This document shows, piece by piece, positions 9,342-18,439 of a stretch of DNA of 62,614 bases. The translations under genes and the position numbers were made by a program. The notes below the pieces were generated by a model that was given only the letters and a program-made list of their open reading frames with translations, ran no database searches and was not told the DNA's origin. The DNA comes from Candidatus Sabulitectum sp. (GTDB lineage: Bacteria > Fermentibacterota > Fermentibacteria > Fermentibacterales > JCC-6): assembly GCA_029938555.1 (NCBI GenBank), contig JAOZUR010000009.1, positions 1 to 62,614 on the forward strand. The letters run 5' to 3'. Every line of letters starts with the position of its first letter. Within the stretch, counting starts at the first letter, position 1.

Positions 9342-10552
9342 TTTGGCGGTCCAATCTCACCGGCTTTGGTTAATGCGTATTTCGCACCAATAGGACCAAT
9401 AACTTCAAATATTATACAGGTCGCTGTTATGGTAGTAATGACAATGGTTGCGATAGATGAAGCTTCTGTAGTTCCCAGTTCGGTGAAATCATTCAATACA
9501 AGCATTGAAAGACCAATGGCAACTCCCGCCTGAGATAGAATACCAAACCCAAGGTATTTTTTTATCTTTGGCTCGCTTTTTCCAGCAATTGCACCTAACA
9601 TAGCACCACCCATAAGTCCTGCGGTTCTTGCTAAAACATATACCAGTCCTAGTAAACCAAGAGAGGGAAGAGCATTTACCTTCAGGTGAGCTCCTGCAAG
9701 CAAAAAGAACGGAATAAAAAGAAATGGCATCCAAGTTTTTAGCTGACTGATGAGAGATTTAGTTCGAGCAAAAGGCATGGTGTTTGTTAATACAAAACCA
9801 AGCATCATATTTGTTAGAATAAGAGATAAATGAAGCCACTGAGAAAGACCAATGGATATTGCAATAAAGCCGAAAATAAGCGATGGTGCATCGGTCAGTG
9901 GTTTTAATCGACGACTAAGGATAGTAAAAATAAAACCTAGAATTCCACCGATAAGTAAGCTTAGAAAAATTTCTTTAGTGGGTTGAAATATACCTTGCAT
10001 TATTGACATAGAATTGCCAGGGTCAAGCATGTTACGGGCAGCAGCACTGGCAAAACCGAATATGACTATTGCCAGTCCATCATCGAAACCAACAACCGCA
10101 TACAGCGCTTTAGTCAAGGAGCCTTTTGCTCCGTATTCCTGAATAACAGCAACAGTTCCTGCTGGTGCACTTGCAGGTGCAATAGAACCGAAAATCAGAG
10201 CCATTGGTAAATTTTTTGTTAAAAGCCAAACAGAACCTGTAACAATAATAAAAGCAGCAAAAGATTCTGCTAAAATTATATAAATTATGCCCTTTCCAAG
10301 TTTTTTGAGCCCTTTTATGTTAAGCTCACTTCCAATAGTAAATGCTACAAATCCAAGAGCAACATCAGTTAAAAAGCCAAGGGAATGTATATTATCTTCA
10401 GTTAGAACTCCAAAAACAGATCCACCTAAAACAACACCAAGAAACATGTAACCCACTAGTGATGGAAGATTAATCTTCTTAGCAAGCCTACCCATGTATA
10501 ACGAAAGCACTGTTGCTGCACCAAGCAGGGCAATAAGAGGTATATGTGACAT
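9338..10552 (-). CDS. Cation:proton antiporter (CPA/Kef-type Na+/H+ exchanger family), paralog 1
   Basis: It has the same architecture as 8112-9341 and overlaps it by 4 nt, which suggests translational coupling. Confidence 0.8.
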   Translation of the reverse strand: MSHIPLIALLGAATVLSLYMGRLAKKINLPSLVGYMFLGVVLGGSVFGVLTEDNIHSLGFLTDVALGFVAFTIGSELNIKGLKKLGKGIIYIILAESFAAFIIVTGSVWLLTKNLPMALIFGSIAPASAPAGTVAVIQEYGAKGSLTKALYAVVGFDDGLAIVIFGFASAAARNMLDPGNSMSIMQGIFQPTKEIFLSLLIGGILGFIFTILSRRLKPLTDAPSLIFGFIAISIGLSQWLHLSLILTNMMLGFVLTNTMPFARTKSLISQLKTWMPFLFIPFFLLAGAHLKVNALPSLGLLGLVYVLARTAGLMGGAMLGAIAGKSEPKIKKYLGFGILSQAGVAIGLSMLVLNDFTELGTTEASSIATIVITTITATCIIFEVIGPIGAKYALTKAGEIGPPK

Positions 10553-10562
10553 TGTCGCCCCC

Positions 10563-11384
10563 TTAAAAATCTAGAGAGCCAAAAGCATGATGCAGGTCGG
10601 TGACCGTTACCATCACATCTGTCTGCTTCTGTAAATCACCGCAGACATATTCAATGTTGCGTACGGTCTGATTTAGCAGTGAATCTTTTACAACAGCGAT
10701 AATTATCCTGTTAAATGTGTTTAAATCGCTATTCCAAAATCCGGCAAATATAGGCATGTTTGACATATACTCAGTTGACTCATGTGCTTCAAGAACCATT
10801 GCACCGGTTAAATCTTCAGAAGCGAAAACTTGCAGTATATCATTGAAAAGATCTTCATTTCGTATGAATATGTGCAACATTCTCATGGATGGTCCTAAGG
10901 GAATTTCCGGAGTGATGGGTTTGTCGGTAAGAAGATTTGTAACTATAGAAAATAGTTGATCTGATGAATCTGCTTTTCTAATTTTAGATCTTGTTTCTGG
11001 GTTTCGAAGAAGTCTTGCCATTCCAGATAAAACTTTTAAATGCTCTTTGGGATCTTTATCAGGGCCTATGACAAATGGAAAAATATCAACTTTTTCATTA
11101 TCAGTAGCATTAAAATTTATGCTTTTTTTAGAAGTGACTATGCCAACAACAAAAGATGTTATACCAGGAAGCCTGCAGTGTGGCACAGCCACACCATTAC
11201 CAAGTGCAGTAGAAGCAAGATTTTCTCTTTCTAATAAAGCAGTTTCAAGAGAGATCAGTGAAACATCTTTCAAAACCTGGTTTTGAGAAGCTAGTTTTGC
11301 AATTTCATGGATAATCTGTTTTTCATTTTTCACACTAAGATTAACTTGAATATTGCTTTTTTTCAGTACATCAATAAGAGCCAT
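10563..11384 (-). CDS. PTS EIIA type-2 (PtsN/EIIA-Ntr-like) domain protein fused to a C-terminal domain of about 110 aa (possibly PII-like)
   Basis: The EIIA-2 signature LLERENLASTALGNGVAVPHCRL includes the phospho-acceptor His context, and HLKVLSGMARLL is also present. The C-terminal half (MLHIFIRNEDLFNDILQVFASEDLTGAMVLEAH...IIIAVVKD...VMVTVTDL) has a beta-alpha-beta periodicity. Confidence 0.8.
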   Translation of the reverse strand: MALIDVLKKSNIQVNLSVKNEKQIIHEIAKLASQNQVLKDVSLISLETALLERENLASTALGNGVAVPHCRLPGITSFVVGIVTSKKSINFNATDNEKVDIFPFVIGPDKDPKEHLKVLSGMARLLRNPETRSKIRKADSSDQLFSIVTNLLTDKPITPEIPLGPSMRMLHIFIRNEDLFNDILQVFASEDLTGAMVLEAHESTEYMSNMPIFAGFWNSDLNTFNRIIIAVVKDSLLNQTVRNIEYVCGDLQKQTDVMVTVTDLHHAFGSLDF

Positions 11385-11433
11385 AATTCCTCCAGAATTG
11401 TCAACGCACCCCTTATCAAGGGCGCTAGCCTGT

Positions 11434-12150
11434 CTAGGTTAATCCTACCATAGGTAGAATTTCATCAAGACCAGCTATGGTTGTAACAAGTTCGGGTTCG
11501 GCAAAATCAATTTCTTCTGCTAGCCATGTGTATGGGCGCTTAACATAGAGCGCGTTAACACCGCATCTTATGGCAGGATTTATGTCGGACCTCGGACTGT
11601 TTCCTATCATGCATGCCTGTTCTGCGGTTACTCCAGCAGTGGCAAGAATATCTATCATGGTATCTTTTGTTTTTAATGGAACAACTGTGCAATTTTCGAA
11701 AAAACCTGTTAAACCAGATCTATTGAATTTGCTGATCTGGTGTTCTTTCTCACCCATGGTGTAAACAATCATTCGCTTATCTGCTTGATTTAATTTTGCG
11801 ATTGAATCTAATACTCCAGGCAGAAGTATTAAGGGGTGGTGAATAAGAGAATGAGCTATATGTTCAAGACTAGTAATAGTATATGGTGAAATTGATTGTA
11901 CTTTTTCTTCTAAAATGAGCTTTAGAGTGTTCAAATATGGGTTTGCTCCATAACCGGTAACGGAGAGTCTTTCTATGTCTTTTATGTGAATCTCGGAGCT
12001 TAGTGTTTCAGGGTCAAAACCCAGGCTGTGCATAAGAGAGATAAAATCTTTTTCAGCTCGTCTAAAATACAAACCGCTTTCCCAGAGAGTATCGTCAGCA
12101 TCAAAAATAAACAGTTTAGTTTTTTCCATTTTTTCATTAAAATTTTTCAT
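11434..12150 (-). CDS. HAD superfamily hydrolase
   Basis: Motif I is FIFDADDTLWE and motif IV-like is MIGNSPRSDI. I prefer the ATG at 12150 (MKNFNEKMEKTKLFIFD...) over the ORF-track start at 12288, which would add a non-homologous leader. Confidence 0.75.
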   Translation of the reverse strand: MKNFNEKMEKTKLFIFDADDTLWESGLYFRRAEKDFISLMHSLGFDPETLSSEIHIKDIERLSVTGYGANPYLNTLKLILEEKVQSISPYTITSLEHIAHSLIHHPLILLPGVLDSIAKLNQADKRMIVYTMGEKEHQISKFNRSGLTGFFENCTVVPLKTKDTMIDILATAGVTAEQACMIGNSPRSDINPAIRCGVNALYVKRPYTWLAEEIDFAEPELVTTIAGLDEILPMVGLT

Positions 12151-12522
12151 GCGGTGAATATAACACACTTTAACTCGATTCCGCATGGATCCCCATGGCA
12201 AAGGGTGAGTAAACAAAAAAAAGCATAATTTTCTTTCATATTTAGAATTGATGTTAGAAGAACTATGTAATATGATATCTCCCAACAAATTAACTAGTCT
12301 TTATTCGTGGCGTTAACAAATGTTTTTGTTAGAATTGGTTGGAATTTGTTTAAAATCGTTCTAATAGCTTGATGCATTGTTAGATAAGGTGATTTTAAGT
12401 GGATTTTGAACAGCAGATTACTTTGTAAACTCATAAGATATGAAGTTGCGTAAACATGAAATTCTGAAGTTCATACATTGAAGTAACTACTATACCATAA
12501 ATCTTCCTAAAAATCAATGCTG

Positions 12523-12551
12523 TTGACTCGGTTCATGAAACCAGATATTTT
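12523..12551 (+). promoter_or_regulatory. Candidate sigma-70 promoter for the NitT/TauT-type ABC operon
   Basis: TTGACT (12523-12528), a 17-nt spacer, then TATTTT (12546-12551). This would leave a leader of roughly 100 nt before ATG 12660. Confidence 0.35.
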
Positions 12552-12659
12552 TGCACTGTGGTGGTGGTTCTAGCTCCCCGCTCTTTTGTGGATCGGCACA
12601 AGTGATCAGATGTTCTAGATCTGTTTGCATTCAGAAATAATTTAGAAATGTAGGTAATT

Positions 12660-13859
12660 ATGAGCAAGGTTATTTTTACGCTCTTTATGGTGATCGTTCT
12701 TTCTTTGACAATTAGCTGCGGCGCAGAAGAGGCTGTTCAGGAAACGGATCAGCAGGTTTCTGTAGTTGAAGAAGTAAATAATTCAGAAAATATTCCAATC
12801 AGTGAAGTTGTTCTTTCTACTGACGTTACTCCCTTGAAAATCGGATTTGTTAAACAGGATCATCATTCTGCTGTGTTTGTTGCTGCTTTGCGACATGAAA
12901 TGATGCACGCCCAGTATCCTGTTTATCTTATTCCCTTAGGCGAAAATTTCTATGCACTGATTAAAGATAATCAGCAGGTTGCAGAAATAGAGTTTATTCA
13001 ATCACAGGGGGCTATTAATGTTCCCAATAATATGATTGCTGGTCTGTTTGAATTGGGCTTCGGTGGAGTTGTTCCTTTTGCAGCCAGCATTGACCAGGGA
13101 AATCCAATAAAAATTGTAAGTCCATTACATCAGCGGGGAGACATGTTAGTTGTTTCTTCCTCTAATGAAATTGTTTCAGATTGGGAATCATTTGTAAACT
13201 GGGTTTCTAGTTCTGAAACACCTGTTACCGTAGGATTCAAAAGCCCCAAGGCTGTAGCATTAATTATTTTCCAAAGTTCTCTCACAGAAGCAGGTATTTC
13301 GTATGCAATGGCAGGTGGCGATATTCAAGGAGCCAGTGTTATTCTGTATAATGCACAAGGGCAGCCTAATCTTAATCCTGCTTTGCAGGAAGGTCTGATT
13401 GATGCCTATGTATCAAATAATCCTGCATGCGCCATGGCTGAGTATAATGAGATAGGGAAATGCGTAGCAGAGCTTTCAATGCTTCCTCCTGGTGATTTTG
13501 TAGATCATCCATGTTGCGCTATAGCTGCCACAGAGCAGGTAATTGCAGGAAAACCAGAAGAGGTAAGAATCGCTCTTGAGCTTTTTGCTTATGCAACTGA
13601 GTTTATCAATGAAAACCCTGAAGAGGCTGCTGCTGCCGCGTCGCAGTGGATAGGAACTCCACTTGAAGTTGAGCTAGTATCAATGCCTACAAGCCTTTAC
13701 GATGTGCATGTTACAGATAATTGGACAGATAACATGAATTTAATTCTTCAGCACATGCGAGGTTTAAATGTGTTTACAGGATCATTATTAGAAGCTGATG
13801 ATGTTTCTGAAATAGAGATAATAGCAGACTTTACACTGCTTCCAGAAGAATACAGGTAA
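12660..13859 (+). CDS. ABC transporter substrate-binding lipoprotein (NitT/TauT, NMT1/THI5-like family)
   Basis: Signal peptide with lipobox LTISCG. Its size and operon context, followed by a NitT/TauT-type permease and ATPase, fit this family. Confidence 0.7.
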   Translation: MSKVIFTLFMVIVLSLTISCGAEEAVQETDQQVSVVEEVNNSENIPISEVVLSTDVTPLKIGFVKQDHHSAVFVAALRHEMMHAQYPVYLIPLGENFYALIKDNQQVAEIEFIQSQGAINVPNNMIAGLFELGFGGVVPFAASIDQGNPIKIVSPLHQRGDMLVVSSSNEIVSDWESFVNWVSSSETPVTVGFKSPKAVALIIFQSSLTEAGISYAMAGGDIQGASVILYNAQGQPNLNPALQEGLIDAYVSNNPACAMAEYNEIGKCVAELSMLPPGDFVDHPCCAIAATEQVIAGKPEEVRIALELFAYATEFINENPEEAAAAASQWIGTPLEVELVSMPTSLYDVHVTDNWTDNMNLILQHMRGLNVFTGSLLEADDVSEIEIIADFTLLPEEYR

Positions 13860-13875
13860 AGAAGCAGGAGTTTTT

Positions 13876-14727
13876 GTGACACCAATTTGTTTAAAAGGAT
13901 TCGGGCAGAAGCTTAAGAGGTTTTTGCCCGGTCTTCTGATACCTTTGATCTTGTTAACACTGTGGTCAATTTTTGCCAGTAGTACCATGCTCCCTTCGCC
14001 AATTAAAGTTTTTGGTATTTTAGCTGAACCTTCCAAGGACTTACTTGGTTGTGGTTCATTTTTCTGGAACACATCTGTGAGTTTAATCAGGGTTTCAATT
14101 GGATTGTTTTTTGCGGTTGTTCTTGGCACGCCAATTGGGTTTATGATGGGTGCCAGTAAATCAGTCAAGAAATTTTTGTCTCTTGTAACCGAGCTTGCAA
14201 GGCCTCTTTCGCCAATAGCACTTTTGCCATTATCAATTATTCTTTTTAAGGATACTTCATTTACTGAGCTGTTTGGATTGAGTCATCTGAAGTACAGCAG
14301 ACATATTCTTAATGAACTCCAGATAGGTATGGTATTTATTTTGGCGTGGGGTGGTATTTTTCCGGTGATTCTTGAAACAATGTTCGGCGTACGAAGTGTA
14401 AGAAAGGTATACATAGAAGCAGCTCAAGTACTTGGTGCAAGCAGATTTTTTACATTCAAGCATGTACTATTACCAGCAGCCTTGCCAGATATTTTTACCG
14501 GATACAGAATGGCAGTAGGTAGATGCTGGATGGTGATAATTGCTGCGGAAATGCTTCCGGGAACCAATTCAGGAATTGGTTATCTTTTAAGATATTCTTA
14601 TCAGCTTTCAAGGTTAGATATTATGCTTGCATGTATTCTTCTAATTGCGGTAATTGGTTTTATTTTTTCCAGAGGGCTTGAATTTTTAGGGGAAAAATGG
14701 CTTATTCTTCGGGTGAAAGAAAGATAG
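13876..14727 (+). CDS. ABC transporter permease (NitT/TauT family, binding-protein-dependent type)
   Basis: EAA-loop EAAQVLGASRFFTFKHVLLPAALPDIFTG. GTG start with AGGAG 5 nt upstream. Confidence 0.85.
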   Translation: MTPICLKGFGQKLKRFLPGLLIPLILLTLWSIFASSTMLPSPIKVFGILAEPSKDLLGCGSFFWNTSVSLIRVSIGLFFAVVLGTPIGFMMGASKSVKKFLSLVTELARPLSPIALLPLSIILFKDTSFTELFGLSHLKYSRHILNELQIGMVFILAWGGIFPVILETMFGVRSVRKVYIEAAQVLGASRFFTFKHVLLPAALPDIFTGYRMAVGRCWMVIIAAEMLPGTNSGIGYLLRYSYQLSRLDIMLACILLIAVIGFIFSRGLEFLGEKWLILRVKER

Positions 14728-14728
14728 A

Positions 14729-15475
14729 ATGTCAATCACAATAAGCAAGATTAATAAGGGGTATGTAGATAATTCAGGAAAACTGCTGGAGGTTTTGGGG
14801 TCAATTGATTTATCTGTTGAGGCTGGCGAGTTCCTGTGTTTACTTGGTCCTACAGGATGTGGAAAAACCACACTCCTCAGAATTCTTTCCGGTTTAGAGA
14901 AGGCTGATAGTGGTACATTTTCTCTAGGGTCTGGAAGGTTCAGTTATGTCTTTCAGCAGGGAGCTTTGTTTCCATGGATGAGCATTGAGTCTAATGTAAT
15001 GTTCCCACTGAAGGCTTTAGGTTTAAATGCAAATGAGTGCAGAGATAAAGTAGGTGAAATGCTTAATCTGGTAGGGTTAAGTGAATTTAAAAAAAATTAC
15101 CCACATGAACTTTCAGGTGGGATGCAACAGAGAACTGCTCTTGCCAGGGGACTTGTTACAGACCCAGAACTTCTTCTTCTTGATGAGCCCTTTGCTTCTC
15201 TTGATACGGGAACTGCTTTCAAATTGCAGAGAATGCTTAGGGAATTATGTAATCGATTATCTACTACGGTGATTTATGTGACACACAATATTGAAGAAGC
15301 AGTTTATCTGGGCGATAGGATTGTTGTAATGGGGCACAGGCCGGGTATCATCTACCGTACTGAGAAACTGGAGCTTCCATGGCCAAGAAATCGTTTATCC
15401 AATGATTTTACAGAAGTACTGCTTTCTTTTAGAAAAACTTTTGAAGAGTTGATAAATCCTATTTCATCTTCCTGA
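14729..15475 (+). CDS. ABC transporter ATP-binding protein (NitT/TauT family)
   Basis: Walker A GPTGCGKTT, signature LSGGMQQRTALARGL, Walker B LLLLDEPFASLD, H-loop VTHNIEEA. Confidence 0.9.
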   Translation: MSITISKINKGYVDNSGKLLEVLGSIDLSVEAGEFLCLLGPTGCGKTTLLRILSGLEKADSGTFSLGSGRFSYVFQQGALFPWMSIESNVMFPLKALGLNANECRDKVGEMLNLVGLSEFKKNYPHELSGGMQQRTALARGLVTDPELLLLDEPFASLDTGTAFKLQRMLRELCNRLSTTVIYVTHNIEEAVYLGDRIVVMGHRPGIIYRTEKLELPWPRNRLSNDFTEVLLSFRKTFEELINPISSS

Positions 15476-15596
15476 GCATGAGATAAAGAATCAAAGCGAT
15501 AGTATCAAGTGAAACCAGAGTTGCAAGAGTTTGTCCGTCACCATAGTTATTAATCCCAAAACCAAACCTTAGAATTATGAATACAAGAGTGCCCAA
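15459..15596 (-). CDS. Candidate small ORF (45 aa) encoding a two-helix hydrophobic peptide
   Basis: It falls below the ORF-track size cutoff. The TTG start at 15594-15596 has a perfect AGGAGG 6 nt upstream. It translates as MGTLVFIILRFGFGINNYGDGQTLATLVSLDTIALILYLMLRKMK. Its 3' end overlaps the convergent ABC ATPase gene by 17 nt. Confidence 0.25.
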   Translation of the reverse strand: MGTLVFIILRFGFGINNYGDGQTLATLVSLDTIALILYLMLRKMK

Positions 15597-15711
15597 AATT
15601 ACCCTCCTAAGTAAGTTACCCCAATGAATACCTAAACAATCTTTATGTATGTATATTAACCATTCTTAGAACTTCCTGCAACCGGTATTTGTCGAAAGGT
15701 GTGTGATGTAA

Positions 15712-16809
15712 TTGAATGGTAAAATTGTTCAGAATGGTGACAAAATTACAATATCAGGCAGGTTCTCCGTTCAGGATTTAGCTGAAGTTACTGCTATATT
15801 TGAAAAAACCATTGAAAAAAATATAGTTCTTGATTTTAATAATTGCATAAGTCTTGATGCCTGCATTGCAGTAAGAATCTGGTCTATTGTTGAATCTCGA
15901 AGAAGTGCAGGTGATACAGTAAAATTTCAAGGAACTAATCAAGATATACAAGCTATTTTTGATAGATTTCAGGCAATAGATGATCGACCGGTAGTTCCTG
16001 TAGAGAAGCACACTCTTCTGTATAATTTTGAAGATATAGGTGACAAAGTCCTGGCCACATGGAATACCGTTTATGGTCTAGCTACCTTTGCTGGAAAGGC
16101 TTTTATAGCTTTGTTTACTGGAAAGGTTAGATGGTCTATTATTGCTTATTACATGGAACAGTCAGGAGTAATGGCAATACCCATCGTGATTACTCTTAAC
16201 TGGTTAATGGGAGTTGTTTTAGGTTATCAGGCAGGTTATCAGATGAGTCAGTTTGGCGGTGAGCTTTTCATGCCAGCCTTGCTTGCTTATAGCATCTGTT
16301 GGGAGATAGGACCAATGATGACAGCTGTTCTTGTTGCTGGAAGATCCGGTTCAGCGTTTGCAGCAGAAATTGGAACAATGAAAGTTCGGCAGGAAGTTGA
16401 TGCATTAGAGGTCATGGGCTTTAATATTTATGGATATCTTGTTACCCCTAAAATGGTAGCACTTTTTGTTGTGATGCCTCTGCTTATAACTGCTGCTAAT
16501 TTTGCAGGCATGGCAGGGGGGCTTACAGCTGGTGGTATTTTCTTGAAGATGCCAGCTGTTGTTTATATTGAAGCGGTAGGCAAAGCCTTAATTCCATTCG
16601 ATCTGTACTGGGGGATAGTTAAGGGGTTTTTCTACTCAACTATTATTTCTGTAACAGGTTCCTACATGGGTACCAGGGTTCGTGGTGGACCTGCTTCTGT
16701 TGGAAAAGCCACCACCTCGGCGGTTGTTGTAAGTATCTTTCTGGTTATTTTAGTTGATGCCCTACTTTCCCTTTTGTTTATACACATAAGACCTGGGTTA
16801 TCAATATGA
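15712..16809 (+). CDS. mlaE: MlaE-family ABC permease with an N-terminal STAS (MlaB-like) domain
   Basis: The MlaE core is GPMMTAVLVAGRSGSAFAAEIGTMKVRQEVDALEVMG. The N-terminal ~95 aa (ISGRFSVQDLAEV...VLDFNNCISLDACIAV...VKFQGTNQDIQAIFDRF) are STAS-like. The TTG start is uncertain. Confidence 0.85.
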   Translation: MNGKIVQNGDKITISGRFSVQDLAEVTAIFEKTIEKNIVLDFNNCISLDACIAVRIWSIVESRRSAGDTVKFQGTNQDIQAIFDRFQAIDDRPVVPVEKHTLLYNFEDIGDKVLATWNTVYGLATFAGKAFIALFTGKVRWSIIAYYMEQSGVMAIPIVITLNWLMGVVLGYQAGYQMSQFGGELFMPALLAYSICWEIGPMMTAVLVAGRSGSAFAAEIGTMKVRQEVDALEVMGFNIYGYLVTPKMVALFVVMPLLITAANFAGMAGGLTAGGIFLKMPAVVYIEAVGKALIPFDLYWGIVKGFFYSTIISVTGSYMGTRVRGGPASVGKATTSAVVVSIFLVILVDALLSLLFIHIRPGLSI

Positions 16810-17555
16810 AAGAAAACATAATGCAGCTTGAGTCACTAACAGGTGGATATGATGGTAAAATAGTTCTTAAGGATGTAAATATAGATATACACAAAGGTGA
16901 AATAGTTGTAATTGTAGGGAAAAGTGGTTGTGGTAAATCCACCACCTTGAACTATATGCTTGGGTTGCAGAGGCCTTATTCAGGCAGGGTTTTGTTTGAT
17001 GGTATTGATATATGGAGGGATCAGAAAACTTTGAATGCAGCCCGTAGAAGATGGGGTGTTCTTTTTCAATCAGGAGCTCTATTGGGCAACTACACAGTTG
17101 TTGAAAATGTAATGCTTCCTTTGATGGAATTTACAGATTTAACAAAAGCTGAAATGATGGATGTTGCGTTGAGCAAACTTGAAGTAGTAGGAATGGAACA
17201 TGCCGCTTATGAGAATCCTTTGGAAATTTCCGGAGGAATGCAGAAAAGAGCAGGTTTAGCAAGGGCAATGGTTCTTGACCCAGAAGTATTGTTTTTTGAT
17301 GAACCTTCTGCCGGTCTTGATCCTGTTACATCCGCTGAACTTGATGAAACAATACAAAATGTAAACAGATCTCTTGGTACAACTCTTATTATTGTTACAC
17401 ACGAGTTAGCTAGTATTTTTGCAATTTCAGACAGGGTAATTATGCTTGATCCTGAAGAGTTTGGTGTGATTGCCACTGGTTCTGCAAGGGATCTTGCTGA
17501 TAATTCACAAGACCCCAGAGTAAGAGCCTTTTTCGGAAGAAAGATTGGAGAGTAG
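16806..17555 (+). CDS. mlaF: MlaF-like ABC transporter ATP-binding protein
   Basis: Walker A GKSGCGKST, signature ISGGMQKRAGLARAM, Walker B VLFFDEPSAGLDP. ATGA overlap with the permease gene. Confidence 0.9.
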   Translation: MKENIMQLESLTGGYDGKIVLKDVNIDIHKGEIVVIVGKSGCGKSTTLNYMLGLQRPYSGRVLFDGIDIWRDQKTLNAARRRWGVLFQSGALLGNYTVVENVMLPLMEFTDLTKAEMMDVALSKLEVVGMEHAAYENPLEISGGMQKRAGLARAMVLDPEVLFFDEPSAGLDPVTSAELDETIQNVNRSLGTTLIIVTHELASIFAISDRVIMLDPEEFGVIATGSARDLADNSQDPRVRAFFGRKIGE

Positions 17556-17557
17556 CC

Positions 17558-18439
17558 ATGGCATTACATGCCAATAAATTACGACTTGGAATATTTTTTG
17601 TAGCTATTATGACTCTTTTTATTGGTGCTATTTTCTGGTTGGTTGGTGGTTTTTCCAAAGACCCTAGTACAAATTATGCCTGTTATTATGCTTGGAGCGT
17701 AGGTGGATTAAATGTTGGAAGTTCTGTTAATTATAACGGTGTTCCTGTTGGCTCTGTGGTCTCTATAGGAATTGCACCTGATGGTAGATTGGTTAAAGTA
17801 GTTGTTCAGATTGTAGATGACAAATTTAAGGTGGATGATACAATTGTTGCTTCTCTTTATGTCACAGGCATAACTGGTCTAAAGAATGTTAATCTTGAAA
17901 GTCTTCCAGATTCGGTGAGCAGACAATACGGCCAGCATCAGCTTTCATTTTCGTCGGACTTTCCGGTTATTCCCGTTCGTTCAGGTACAGTACAATCTGT
18001 AACCACTGGTATTACTAGACTTTTTGAGATCATGGAAAGTATTGATGCTAAAGAGTTGAATGATCAGGCTATTCTTGCTCTAACCAGAATAAATACCATT
18101 CTAGAAGATATGGAGTGCGATTCTCTTGGATGCAGAATATCAAATACTATGGATAGAGTTGATAACCTGTTGCTTACTTATAACAATCTGGGGATTGAAC
18201 TAACAAGTGCCGTTGGGGATGTTAAAGGTGATATTCTTCCTTTTATGACAGATCTTCAGTCTTTCATGGATGAGCTTACTGAGTTGAGCGGTACAATTAC
18301 TTATATCGCTGATGATATGGAAAACTCATTCGATGATACCGAGGTAATTCTTCAGGAAATCAGCATTATGCTACCTACAATTAACAGAATGCTTGAAGGA
18401 TTTACTTCAGGTTCTAGTGGAGAGGATGTTTGGAGATGA
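17558..18439 (+). CDS. mlaD: MCE/MlaD-family substrate-binding protein with an extended helical C-terminus
   Basis: An N-terminal TM segment (LGIFFVAIMTLFIGAIFWLVGG) is followed by the MCE core GGLNVGSSVNYNGVPVGSVVSIGIAPDGRLVKVVVQI. A tail of about 150 aa is predicted helical. Confidence 0.8.
   Translation: MALHANKLRLGIFFVAIMTLFIGAIFWLVGGFSKDPSTNYACYYAWSVGGLNVGSSVNYNGVPVGSVVSIGIAPDGRLVKVVVQIVDDKFKVDDTIVASLYVTGITGLKNVNLESLPDSVSRQYGQHQLSFSSDFPVIPVRSGTVQSVTTGITRLFEIMESIDAKELNDQAILALTRINTILEDMECDSLGCRISNTMDRVDNLLLTYNNLGIELTSAVGDVKGDILPFMTDLQSFMDELTELSGTITYIADDMENSFDDTEVILQEISIMLPTINRMLEGFTSGSSGEDVWR

Noticed and set aside
11434-12288. Extended N-termini suggested by the ORF track for several genes: HAD 12288, FG-GAP protein 41270, pdxS 58131, hutH 53732, zinc ribbon 55768, thyX-like 36929, PmbA-like 24510, sigma 289.
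   Set aside because: In each case an internal start codon has a good Shine-Dalgarno sequence. That start also coincides with the beginning of the conserved domain or signal peptide. The upstream extensions overlap neighbouring genes or add non-homologous sequence.
12289-12659. Possible TPP, guanidine (ykkC and mini-ykkC), cobalamin or fluoride riboswitch ahead of the NitT/TauT importer.
   Set aside because: None of the conserved cores I can recall appears in the leader (CUGAGA plus ACCUGAUCUGGAUAAUGCCAGCG for TPP, ACGR tetraloops for guanidine-II, the B12 box, or the crcB motif). I kept it only as a low-interest open question.
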